Shown here: positions 14,481 to 28,230 of the stretch, piece after piece | How positions within the stretch are numbered: position 1 is the stretch's first letter | Layout of the letters: the number at the start of each line of letters is the position of its first letter | Assembly: GCF_009914755.1 (NCBI RefSeq) | Contig: NC_060931.1 | Strand: one strand, 5' to 3' | DNA length: 64,000 nucleotides | DNA from: the human T2T-CHM13v2.0 reference genome, Homo sapiens | The notes under the pieces: model-generated | Databases searched by the model: none | What the model was told of the DNA's origin: nothing | The model's input: only the letters and a program-made list of their open reading frames with translations | Program-made: the position numbers and the translations under genes

Positions 14481-14669
14481 CTCAACAGCAACATCTCCAG
14501 TGTTTCCTCGATGAGGAATTTCATATGCCTCCATTTGTTGCTTTGTGAGTCGTACTAACTTTTCAGCTAGTTCCCTCCAGCCTTTTCCAAGCTTGACAGC
14601 TGAAGTCAGAACAGCAGCTTCTTGGATGAGACGTGCGACTAACTCTTGGCAATCCATTTTCAGAAGAGC
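14481..14669 (-). CDS. MACC1: MACC1 penultimate coding exon (189 nt, phase 0/0, aa 720-782 ALLKMDC...GDVAVE)
   Basis: Acceptor tgttgctgcag|GCTCTT, donor GTTGAG|gtaaga; in frame with both neighbours; death-domain-like [11 protein letters not shown]. Confidence 0.97.
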
Positions 14670-15496
14670 CTGCAGCAACAATTACATGTCACAATTAAAA
14701 GCAACTAACTTGGGCTTTTCTCTCTATAAATTGGAATTTTTATTACATATTCTACAAATGGGAGTCCTTTTTTTTCACTACACGTATAATCGAGTTTTCT
14801 AAAGCTCAAGGAGTTGATTCACATTTAAGCAAATTCTATAAGCAAACTACAGTAGACATAACTAAGCCAGAGTTAGGGGAGATTTAGAACTAATTCAGTG
14901 GCTAATTATAGGACCTTGGATAAACCACTTAACTAATATGTGTCTTTGTATCTTTAATTGTGAAAAAAGGAAGTTAAATTACACACTTCCAATGGTACTC
15001 TGAAGTTCCGGCAGTCTCTAATTTATCACTCTAGGATTAGTTATTTACTCACAAGAAATAAAGCCTCGTTCTAGGAGAGGATTGGCTACAAGAATTTCTT
15101 TAAAGTGTATGTGAACTGGTGATGGTAAATATTATTCTATTTTCACCAAAATATGACTTAAAACATCCCAGAATCATGCCTGCTGTGTTTAAAAAAAAAG
15201 AGACACTCCTTCAACTTTGAACAAAGCTATTGATGTTTATAAGTTTAAAATATATATATATAAATTTATTAAAAATACTCTCCCTCATCACCAATATAAT
15301 GGTATTAAACATAAAGTACAAGGTATTAAAGACAAAACACCTAGTCTTCTACAATGCAAAATAGAAAACCATCAGGCTCTTACCTAACCATGCATGTTTC
15401 AAACAAGTCTACAAGTTTGTGTTTTGCCTTGAGTACCATTTTTAAAATATGGGATTACATCTATCTATACCTCTTCTTTGTTCAAATGAGCAAATA

Positions 15497-15863
15497 GAGT
15501 AGCTCCCCCTTAGGAGGGGGAATCCAAGGAGATCCAAGAATCCAAAGGAGTCACATTTCAAGGCTGTCCAGTGGATGCCTGAAACTGCAGATAGTACCAA
15601 ATTTTATACACACTGTGTTTTTTCCTATACATACACACCTATGGAAAAGTTTAATTTATAAATTAGGCGCAGTAAGAGATTAACAACAATAACTAGTAAT
15701 AAAATATAACGATCATAACAATATACTCTAATAAATGTTATGTGAATGTGGCCTCTCTCTTTCAAAATACCTTATTGTACTCTACTCACCTATTTGTCAA
15801 TCATGGTTGATGGTAGGTAACCCAAACCACAGAAAGTGAAACTGTGGATAAGGGGAACTACTG
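15497..15863. mobile_element. MER44A-like (TcMar-Tigger) non-autonomous DNA transposon
   Basis: Terminal inverted ends gagtagctccccctta / taaggggaactactg flanked by TA; internal cagtggatgcctgaaac...aagtttaatttataaattaggc. Confidence 0.85.
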
Positions 15864-17299
15864 TAAACATGTTTGGTAGCCCCTCATTATTTAATGGCAC
15901 TTTGGAGCTTTATCTACCAATATGAAACAATAAGTTAAAATGAATAAGCAAGTAAAGCAACTATGAAAGTTGATAGCATGTTCATTCCCCTGAAAGTATG
16001 CAATTAGAAGGACTACCCATGGTTTTGATACATAAATGGATCCATACATTTATACTGAAGAGTTATAGCCTCAGTGAGAAACAATACTGAGCTAGCGGGC
16101 CCCTGATGGTGCTTTTAGTAAACTGTGGAGTGGGGTTACTACTTTATATTCCAGTTTCTTGTTTTAGGGAAAAGATCTGTACTTGGAGCCATAAAACCTG
16201 AGTTTAAAATCCAGCTCCACATAGTATAAGACTTTACATGCATCACACAGTATCTCTATTTAATGATTTTTAAAATCAATGTAGTGTTAATTCCACTTTG
16301 TCTAAACTTCCATAATCATTGTGAAAATCAAATTGGATGCTGAAGTGCTTTAGAGAGTGTCAAGTATATAAGGACAGCCAGTCTCAATGTCAAGAGATGA
16401 CTGAAGGGTTTGGATCCCACAGTCTTTTTCAGCTTATCGGGTCGCTCCCTGCCACACCAAATCAATATACAATCCTAGAAAAATGTATATTTACTATGCA
16501 AATAAAGTTTCAAGAGACAACTCTATACCCCATGCTCCATCACCTGCCAGTCAGAGAACCAGGCCTGAGCCTCTTCATACAGAAATCCTGAAACCTCCAC
16601 TAAAGCTTGGAAGCTCCCCGCTTGAATGGAGTCTCTACTAGATTTTCTAATTAGCCGCTTGAGGCACTCTGGTAATTATCATACCCCAAAATATACAGGT
16701 ATGATCAGGCTTGAACTTTCAGACCATCATTAATGACCTTTGGCCATTACAACATTTTTAGGCCACTAAAAAAACAAAAGAAATTAATTTTCCAATTCAA
16801 ACCTTTGCAGGTGAATGTTAAATATGAGCTATGAGAGTTAATGAGCTATTACAAAATGCACACGCAGCTTCCACCAGGTAGAGCAGCTTCTAACATTCAG
16901 TCTCCAATAGTTCTGAATGTCCCAGGGTAGGTAAGAATGCAGCACACCATAAAAAATCTATCAACTTAGCAACTGGATATAGGAGCTTTTGAATTTCAAC
17001 TTCTCTAAGTATCACTGTAGAATCATCAAAAATATTGAAAGAGAGATAATGTTATATATATTTATTTATTATATGAATCATTGTTAATGCCACAGATTAA
17101 ATTTGTTCTCCAAATATTTTCTACTTCTTTTGCATCTTGATTAAAACTTTGCTCCTTTGCATGAACCTGCCTATATAATTTTATTTACCTTCTACAGAGC
17201 ACCAGCCTTTCACAATTATAATATTTAATACAAATACCTACACATACACAGTACTTATACAAACATTTTTATACACACACACATTACTTTGTTTCATGA

Positions 17300-17500
17300 A
17301 GGCATAGTGGCTTTACGCATGATTTTGAAACCAAAAAATATTCAAATCCCATCTATAAGAATAGGCAACTGTAGGACGTGGGCAAATTGTCTAACTTTTT
17401 AAGACTTGGTTTCTTCGACCTATAAGATGAAGATACTAGCTATACTTACCCCATAGAGTTGTTAATGGCTAAATAAGCACTAGAGAAGCATTAACAATCA
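17300..17500 (+). mobile_element. MIR
   Basis: ggcatagtgg...ttcaaatccc...gggcaaattgtctaac...ccccatagagttgtt. Confidence 0.7.
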
Positions 17501-17790
17501 TTTTTATTTTTACACTCATGTTTTAACCATTTTTAGAAATATGATCTTGATTTTTTTTATTTTTATAAAATATTGAATTTCTACTTTAAAGGTAAAAAGT
17601 ACTTTGTAATTCTACACTGAGCCTTCCACTGGGTTGAATACTACACTAAAGAATTTGGCACTGGGAGTCCTATTAAAACATGAGGATTAAGATGAGAATT
17701 ACTAATATTATTGTTTAGGCTGTAATGCATTGTATACATAAGAATATTAAATTGCTAAAGGATATTGGTAATACATTAAAAAAAAGAAAC

Positions 17791-18160
<370 letters not shown>

Positions 18161-18492
18161 TTATGGAGCCTCTCTGGTATCTTAAGAGTTGTCTAAATAT
18201 TTGAGACAGGAAGAGAAGTTGTATCTGAACTGTTAAGCCCAGCACAAACAGAACTTTTTATTTTCTTTTAAAAGATGATCCTGGTTTTTGGGGAAATCAC
18301 AGTTGAATCTCAAGTTTAAGAAACCAGTTTTATGATCATGTAGGAAAAACTATATTTGCTATAAAGTGTCTTTAATGTATTTAAGACTGTTGAATTTTTA
18401 AACATTTCTCCTCTCACATGTTCAGTTATAAATATTGTCAAGTTAATACAATTCTCGATGGCAATTCATTACCATGATCAAGCAATACTCAC

Positions 18493-20534
18493 CACAATAA
18501 GTTCATACAGAAACTTCCTTGTATTTCTCTCTGTGTGGCAATCTTCCTTTAACTTCTTTATAACATAAGAAACTTTCTCTGATTCTTTGTCTGCTTGAAT
18601 TTGATCAAAATCTTCCAGGGACAGATGTGAGTAACCCAGGACATCAGCTAAAACTTTCCAATCATAAACTTTTTCTGACACCAAGGTTAATACAACTGAG
18701 TAGATATAAGTCAATTTTTTTAAAGGCAGGACAATCTGTTCAAGAAGATTTCTGGTTGTAAAGACACTATCTGACATAAACATTACTTGCTCCTTTGAAA
18801 TCACCTTGACATTTTTGCAGTGTACAAGTCCAATCTTACCTCTGAGGACTCCTACATACCATTCTTTCACTTTGGACTGACCAATAGCTTTTACCTTACC
18901 TTCCCCGAGGAGAGCTATTGTGTCCCCTTTGAAATATTCAAGGAAGTAATCAATCTTGCTTTGTCTTAGCACTGCCTTCAGGGTTACCCCATAGTTGCTA
19001 AAGTTCAATGTTTTATCTTGAAATGTAGGATATTTAACAAGAATTTTTGGTGATAAAGGAGCAGACTTGATTTCCTCCTTCTTCTGCAAATAGCCTGGCA
19101 GATTCGAGAGTCTTTTTAGGTTTGGGGTTGGATCAGGAGTAGTGATAGAGAACTGTGCAACTGGTTCACCATTGGGAGGCTCCACTTGAACACAAAAATC
19201 AAACAAGTGCATCTCTCTGTGCTCAACTAAAGAAAATAAAAATTGTTGATGAACTACTTCACCTGCTTCCAACTGCTTTTGTTTAATTTCTTTCCTTTCT
19301 CCTTCTGTCTTTACTTCAAAATCAGGATCACAGGAAAAAATAGAAATACTTAAATCTTGTGGCTTGTCAAGTAAAAATGACTGCTTCCCCCAGAGCTGAA
19401 ACACAACTGGAGATATGTTTTTTCCACCCTTCTTAATATCAGAAATTGTAAGCTGTCCTGGCATATAATTGTGTCCACAAACTGTTAAAACAACAGTAAA
19501 ACTGGGATGGATATATTTGGGTCCATAAATTCCAATTGAGGTGGTTTTGTGGATATAATCCCAAATGGTGGCAGCTGGTGACGGAAGAGCTTTAGCTTGT
19601 GCAGCAACCACTAGATACATTACCTGACTCAAGTCGATTAGCTTGACTTGGATGGTGTCTTTATAAATGTAGCAGTTGCTTAAAACTTTAAAAGGGCCTT
19701 CTTTACCCAAGCTGTGTAAACACACCATTTCTGTCATGACTTGGCTGAAAGGATCCTTTCTTACTTCAGCCCCAATTTTCATCTCCAGCAAAAGGGCTTC
19801 CATTGTATTGAGGTTGCCTAACATGATTTCCAACAACGGGCTCACAGTGCACGAAAGATCATGGTTAAGCATGTGTGGCGGATCAAGGAAAGCCCTTAGA
19901 GACACCTCTTGGAATTCTCCCACAGCCACATGACCTTGGGGCACATGAACAGTGATGTCTGATTCAGGTAATTGTACTGACCCTCCTTGATGGTTTACTT
20001 TGCAAGCTATGGTGACCTCCGCAAGTTGTGTCTGGGCCCATCCAGGGCTCTGACTAATTGTATTCAAATCAAGGCAGGAGCGGGCCAGCTGGCGTTGACT
20101 TAACCAAGCCATTTTATAAGCCTCCCGATCATTTTTAAGCCACTCTAAGTCGTGTAGTAGGATCTGGTCAGAGTTATGTATACTCTGATGGGCATGTGCT
20201 GTGTCGTCTAAAATGTCCAGAAGTTCTGAAACACTTTTAGATCTTCCAGAATTTCTTGAGGAAGTCTGCCTAAGTAACTGATGCACATCAAGTTCATCAC
20301 CGGAGGAATCAAAAGAATTTCCATTTTCTATTTCTCTACAGAAAAGAAAAGGATCTTCCTTTAAGATGGAAATATTATTTCTCTTCCTGTTATTTCTTAG
20401 TTGAGTTATGTCATCCAAAAATGGGTTAGAAGCAGACAGTTGATTCCAGAATGGATTTGCAACTTTGGAAGCATTATTACCACGAAGGGTGAAAGCATCC
20501 GGCCAATTGTGAAGCAAGTCTGGGTCCTGGCATT
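18493..20534 (-). CDS. MACC1: MACC1 large internal coding exon (2042 nt, aa 39-719): NPF x2, DPF, ZU5/UPA-like region, KxxPxxP, SH3, start of death-domain region
   Basis: Contains the 679-aa ORF. Acceptor ctttccttaaataacaag|AATGCC joins in phase to give ...NITECQDPDLL...; donor ATTGTG|gtgagt. Motifs NPFW, NPFL, DPF, KSAPLSP and the SH3-like EWYVGVLRGKIGLV are typical of MACC1/SH3BP4. Confidence 0.98.
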
Positions 20535-22036
20535 CTTGTTATTTAAGGAAAGACAAAGCAAAACAAAGATAAGGTGGCACTGTGAGTTACAATCAAGATT
20601 AATTTTTCCCATAGCTTAAAAATTCAGGACTTACTTTTCATTTTTCTTTCTGATCTCTAGTCTACTAGCTAACATAAACTCAATGTTAAATTTGCTCAAA
20701 TTTATATGTAATGAGAGAAGAATATTTTTTCTACCAGGTTATTTTTTGAACATATGTAATGTTATTTTAAGACATCATGATTTATAAACTAAACAAATAA
20801 ATATTTAATATGACCTAATAATATATTTAACACATTTTCTTGAAAATGACTCAGACTAGCATGTGCTTATGCTTTATTATTTTATGTATCATGTTTACAA
20901 AAGCAAATTTCTGGTCAAATAGAATAAATCAGTTATTCAATTATCCATATTTTTCTAAGCACTGAATTGTTGGTTTCATTACATTCAGAATATTAATTTA
21001 ATATTTTCCTTTTCAGATAATATTGAATATGTAGAAAATATCAAATACATCTGTTAATATTTAAAATAACGTTTAAAACAATATGCTAAGTTAGAAAGTC
21101 ATTAATTTATTAGATAATTCTATAATTTTGTATTGAAATGTTATTAACATTTTTCAGGAAAAGGAATTCATAAAATGAACATTGAAAATTTAGACCACCA
21201 TTGGTTTTATTGATCAAATGAATTCATTGCACTCAAGCTTGCAATGGCAAATAATAATTTTACCACTAGAAATTGAAGCATTATTATTTTGGAAAGTAAG
21301 TGTCTTAAGAATTTGTAACATTAAAATATTTACATTTCTATTATAAGAATTTCTAGATATCTCACAACATTGAAGCCATTTTTTGTTTGTGTAGAGCAAC
21401 TCGTACTTGGTCATTTCTTAGTAAATAATTATAAAGACTCTGTAGACTTTGTGAAGCTAGTGCTGCTTTTAGAGACAGGCAGAAGAGCCAACCAAATTTT
21501 CAGAAGTTCTACTGAAAAAATAATTCAAGCAAACTGTCAGAATTTCTTTTGTTTAATATACATAGAAACATTACCTTAATTGAAATGTTTTTAAGTGTTA
21601 TATGCTAAAAATTAGAAGACGGATTTTGAAAAATAAAGGTGGCATTTCTCTTATATTCACACTTTTCTTTAATACAATTACCCCTAACTCTCTTAAAACT
21701 TACTTTTCCTCTGAGGATCAGGTTAATTTTTTGATGCTCCATGAAGATTTCCTAGGTCAATCAACCTTCAGAGAGCCTTTTTACCCCCAAATTCATTATA
21801 GTTATTGCATATAACACTCATTTATTAACAACATTTTTCCTTTTTATAATATTTATCATAATCTGTTGGCTGTGCTATTTTATTTTGCACATCTTTTTAA
21901 CTATTTCTATGATAAAAACAAGATTTTATAATTCTTTTCATCTTCCAGCATTTTCAGAGGTAGACCTTCAACAATTATTGGTGATGAATTTCATATACTT
22001 ACATGGACAAATCACAACAGTTATAAATTCCCATAC

Positions 22037-22151
22037 CTGTAATATTGCAACTTTTTGAGAGTTTTCCAGCTTCCATGTCAATCAAATTTGCTTCAGACAT
22101 ACTTTGTGCAATTCTTCCTGACCGAAAATGTTTTCTTTCAGTGATTAGCAT
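22037..22151 (-). CDS. MACC1: MACC1 first coding exon (CDS part; whole exon 22037-22159 with 8 nt of 5'UTR), aa 1-38 MLITERKHFRSGRIAQSMSEANLIDMEAGKLSKSCNIT
   Basis: Acceptor ttactttgtag|GTGGAAAAATG, ATG at 22151, donor ACAG|gtatgg (phase 1). Translation is the recognised MACC1 N-terminus and contains the clathrin-box-like LIDME. Confidence 0.97.
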
Positions 22152-22479
22152 TTTTCCACCTACAAAGTAAATAGATAAGTATTTTTTGTAAGCATACATA
22201 TACAGGCTGGCAGAGAAAATAAACTCAAAGACATCATACGTATTTCTATAAAGAACTACATGTGAAAATCCTCTATATAAATCTTCTACTCCTGGTAGGA
22301 TACTCGACTAGATATACTAAAATATGTGTTAGCACTCCACTAAAAAATGATCAAATTCCAGATTAATACCAATAACCAAATCTGGAAATATATTACTGAT
22401 CCCATATAAAAGCAATTAATGAGAATTCCAAGGACAACAACAACAACAACAAAAAAGTAAGTTGAAAACTAAGTAAATA

Positions 22480-23910
22480 AACATTTCCTGTTTGGCGATT
22501 GGAGGACTAAATATCACAAACTAAAAATTTTCCCCTAAATCCTTGTATACATTCGATGCAGTTCCATGAAAAATTGCACGTAAATGTGTATGTGTATTTG
22601 TTACTTCTTTTTTAATAGTTAAAATTTTATTTATTTCTCAATGGATAAAATTGTATGTATTTATTGCATAGAGCATATTGTTTTGAAGCATGTTGTTTAA
22701 CAACACATACAGCAGCAATAACTTCTTAAGCTATTTTAATATTTACATAGAAAAGCAAAGAGCTAATACTCAATCCAGAAGAAGAGCATGACAAAAGTAA
22801 CTGCACTACCTATCAGATATCAGCATTTATCATAAATAGGCTCTAAGTAAGACAACATGGAAGTGGAACATAAATATATGAAGGACACAGAATAGAGATC
22901 TCAGAATCAGACCCACCCTTATATGAAGGATTGATACATGGCACAGGTGGCCAAACAGAGTGGTGTGGAAATGGTGGATTATTCATTAAACAGTGATGTT
23001 GCCATTTGTTGTGCATGCTAAAAAAATATTACATTGATCACTATCTCATCCTGTGCACAGAAAATAAATGCCAAGGGATTAAAAAACCTAAAAGTGAAAA
23101 CAAAACCTTAAAATTTGGAAGATAGTCTAGAGATCGTCTTTATGTTTTCTGGGAAGGAGAGAATTTCTTAAACAAGGCACACACACTTATGCAATATGCA
23201 AATCCTAAAAAATAAAACCACACATTAGAATAAGACATCCTATATAGCAAAGGACATCAGTAAAAACACAAGCCAAAACTAGGACAATTTATTTTCATTG
23301 CACATGACTGAAAAAGGAAAAATAATTGGATTCCAAAATATATCAAAGATTCCCGCAAATCAATAAACAAAATAAAACAACACTATAGAAATTTTTGAAA
23401 AAATTCTCTAAATGAACATTTCTCAAAAAATGGAAACACAATGGCCCCTAGATATATGGAAATATGATCAATCTCATTGGTAATTAGGAAAACGCAAAAT
23501 GAAACCCCAAGAAACACAATTTTTACCTATGAAATTTGCAAATATTTTAGTCTAGTAACACCAATTATTGACAAATATGTGCAACAAAGGGAAAGCCTAT
23601 ATACTTGTTGTGGAAGTGTCAATATGTGCAACCACTTGGAAGTTAATCTGACATTGTCTAGGAAATAGGCTTACAGCCTAGTACCCAACAATTCCAATCC
23701 CAGTTATTTGTTTTAGTGAAAACTCTGCAGATGTGCATCAAAGAGATATACATGAATATTCATTACATTATCAAGAAAACTGAAATCCCTAGGATATTCC
23801 CCAGAATATCCTTTGCCATATAAGTGGATAAATAAATTGTGGCATATTAACACAATGAAGTATCATACAACTATTGAAACAGATGAATCACAACTAAAAG
23901 TATGAACACA
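22480..23910 (+). mobile_element. Old L1M (ORF2 end / 3' region), highly diverged
   Basis: A-rich; motifs such as acagaatagaga...cagaa, caaatcaataaa, acccaacaattccaatcccagtta, gtggataaataaattgtggcatat. Confidence 0.75.
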
Positions 23911-24229
23911 TACTGGTAGTCAGTATCTCATGTCTGGGACTCAGCCTTCTTTACATATATAATTTCTCTTCATCCCATGACAACATTGAAAAACAGGTAT
24001 TATAAATATGACTTTCAGAGTCTCAGCAATAGAACGTAACTAAACCACAAGATTGATTAGCAAGTGAGCCACTGACCGGAAGTTACTTGTTCATGTTATA
24101 ACTACTATATGCAGCCCATAACTTAAGATGCCACATACCCTATGTCAGACTCAAGATTCCCAATGTACCTTCTGAGACTGTCCCACCTTCTAGTTCACAT
24201 TTCCAGTTATTTTTTAAATTATCATTATT

Positions 24230-24688
<459 letters not shown>

Positions 24689-25456
24689 CTATAAAAATGA
24701 AAGAAAAAATTAAAACAAGATGGAAAACAGGGAAAAGGAATAAAAGAAAAAGAAAAGGAAAAGGAGGGAAGCATGTGTTTCCAGGCATGATAATTAAATA
24801 AATCCAAAAATTGTCTCATAAGGTGGCATGCTTAAAAAAATCCAATGTTGCAATAACCATTTCTTTCCCTGATTGGGGAAACTACATCGAAAAAATGGGT
24901 AAAATGTTGAATTATGCAATATTCAAGTTGCACGGAAACCTCAAATTTCCTGGCAGACCTTCCAAATGCTGTGGTTGATTTTACCAAATATAATGTCCAA
25001 AATTAAAAGTTTTTAGCACAGAATAAGTAGTCAAAACTTTGAGGTAGAAAAGCTGAGCTCAAGTTCCTCAGCAAAATGTAACAAACTAAATTAAAATGAG
25101 GAACAAATGTCTAAATGGAAAACTATTTTCGAAAAGATAAAATATATTCTTAAAAAATCAACTTAGTAAACTACCTAAACTCTTTTTTTTTTTATGAGGA
25201 AAGAGCAAAATGAGCAATATGTACTGAGGATTCCTTTGAGGCAAATAACCGTTGATATGAAAAATAGTTATAACCAAATGGAATGTAGGTAGAAGTCCTC
25301 AACCACATAAAAACCAGGAATGATGCCTTACGCAGCTATGACCTTGAAGGATCATAACCTCTCAGAAACAAAGGCACCAAAGGGTCGTTAGCTGAGATTC
25401 TTTGTGGATTATCCTTATTCTCCAGTCACTCAAGCAGGTCTTCACTGTCCTTCAAG

Positions 25457-25645
25457 GTAGTTGTTCCAAAACTCAGTGGCACCAGGATCACTTGGAAGGC
25501 TTAATCAAACAACCCTTTGGAACCACCCCAGTGTTTCTAATCCAGAAGGTCTGGGATTGTGCACAAGAATTTTATTTCTAACAAAGCTGTCAAATGATGC
25601 TGATACTGTGGTTCGGTTCCAAGGGGCACATGCTGAGAACCACAT
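25457..25645. mobile_element. MER5A (hAT-Charlie)
   Basis: gatcacttggaaggctt...tttctaatccagaaggtctggg...aagaattttatttctaacaa...tgagaaccac. Confidence 0.8.
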
Positions 25646-27347
25646 TCTGAAAGCCATTCTAAAAGCTCCTTCCCTAGCCAAATGGTTTCCCTAGCCACTC
25701 TCACTATCCCACAACAAATCCTCTCTCTCATAATCTTTCTCTACACAAACACATCCCTCCATCCCTCACAGTACCATCCTAAATCTAAATTTTTTTCTAT
25801 GAATCCAAGGAGAGGTGGTATAGGGGAAAAAAAAAAATCCTCGACTGGAAGGACCAAGATCTGCCTGGACAATGGCATTGCTTGTTTACACAGGTGCAAA
25901 TCACATTAGCCACATTTAGCATTTCCCTATGTTTTCTTCCAATTAAACCCCATACTCAATGACAATTGCCGCCCAAAACAGGATTTTTTTTTTTACTTTA
26001 TCTAGAGAAACATGAGTCAGTCTTTGTTGGAATGAGTAAATGAGAATAGAGTACTCTAGTATTCATTTAATTTGGGACATGGTTTTTCAATATGCCTTTT
26101 AAAAATACTTATGCTGATTTTGCATGATCCATTACTTTTTTCCTTAAGAAACCAACAAAGTTTTGCCCTTATTTATTTTACTATTTAAACTAGGCCCTAA
26201 GCAACTAGAAACATTTACCAAATGTACAACTTAGCAAAAAAGTCAGAAGATATTTTTTGTGAGGATAAGGGGTGGGGAGCAATGCAGTGTTTGGAATAAG
26301 TAACCAAGAAAACAATACACTTAAAAGAATTATTTCTTTAAAATGTGTCCTTTGAATTTTTTATGATAGTAATTACATTGTGAAAATTGCTAGTGTTAGC
26401 CAGCTGGTAGGTTCAAAGTATTTTTCAGTTAGTGCTTGAATACCTGAAACCTCGATGATTTCCATGAATTTGTACTGTATTTAACTCTTGATCTATGTGA
26501 TAATAAAAACATGTCCATGTAGGCTATAACTCTTATAGGTGACAGGAGAGCAACTGTTGGACTAGTAGACTTTTCCTTCACCTGCCAAATGCCAAACCTG
26601 CCCAAGTAACATTGTATTACTTGTAAATGCAACCAGTATTTTTTTAAAAAGGCCCACAAAGGAATCATAATCAGCTGATGATACACACCTGGTATGATTT
26701 TACTGGACATTACCATGCTGTGAGTGGCCTTACTGGATCTTACCCTAGGGCAACTTCTGATGGAATAGTGGCACTCTCTGATTGGTAATTTTTAATAGTA
26801 TACACCATACACAAGCATACTTTCTCCCAGTTATTAAATACTTCAAGTGTTGCAGCTGATGATTCTGACCAAATATTTAAAAGACCTGACAGGGCAAATG
26901 TCAGCAGTTACTTTTCCCCAAGGCAAAGAGTTTCAGAAGATTCTCCAGGGAAGGGAGCAGGCCTCCCAGTGCATTAAGCGGTATTAGAAATCCATAATAA
27001 TTTCTATGATACCTCCAACCCTGGGAACTCAAAACATTTCATCAATACGTCATCTTGTTAATATCACCAGGTCAAGATGTCTATCACTTCTTTCTATCTT
27101 ATTATCCTTCCATCACTGGCAGAACTGAAGTTCAGGAAAATCATAATAATTGTGCAGCATAACATCATATTAGTGAGACTAAATCAGGGATATAAAAACA
27201 GTAGGTCAGAAACTGTTTGAAGTGCAGCTTAGTGATGTAGTCAAGGAACATATCCAGAAATCTAGATCTGGAAGAAAAGGTATAAAGGACTCCCTGAACA
27301 GATACACAAAAGGAATATCTTGGGCCTGTAAAAAATAAAAAAGGTAA

Positions 27348-27784
<437 letters not shown>

Positions 27785-28053
27785 TCCATTATCCTCATTT
27801 TAAAGGTAGGGAAATAAAGTCTTAGGGACATTATATGCCCAAGATTATAAAGCTACTAAGTAGCAAACCAGTCTTTGAACTTAAGGATACTAGATACTAG
27901 CAAACACATTTTTGAACTCTACACAACACTTTCTACCTATAGGTTAAAACTTCTCTTCCAGAGGAAGCGAAATTTGAGACTACACCCTGACCCTGTTGCT
28001 GGAGAGTAGTATCAAGCCACAGTGTTGACCCCGGAAGATCTCCAAGTTCACAG

Positions 28054-28230
28054 CAGGACCTGCATCATGGGCATGTGACCTGTGCAATAACACAGAGCCC
28101 CACTCTTGGATAGGCCCCATGCTTGGTGTAATGCTCTGCCACTGCCATCTTGAAATACCTAATATGTTTTGAACAAGAGGTCCCATATTTTCATTTTTCA
28201 CTGGTGCTGCAAATTATGTAGCTGGTCCTT
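28054..28230. mobile_element. MER45A (hAT-Tip100), full length
   Basis: caggacctgcatcatgggc...gcaaattatgtagctggtcct; perfect 8-bp TSD GTTCACAG at 28046-28053 and 28231-28238. Confidence 0.88.

Noticed and set aside
19676-19933. Plus-strand ORFs antisense to MACC1 exons (also 14545-14802 and 20401-20619)
   Set aside because: Expected shadow frames of coding sequence; not within the inferred antisense exons.
18478-20517. 679-aa ORF as a stand-alone single-exon gene
   Set aside because: It begins at a TTG (Leu45) and is bounded by splice sites; it is the large internal MACC1 exon, and the terminal VSIA is intronic.
26013-26019. Isolated AP-1 (TGAGTCA) and FOX (TGTTTAC) motifs scattered in introns
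   Set aside because: 7-mers occur at roughly chance frequency in 64 kb; no dense cluster supportable without chromatin data.
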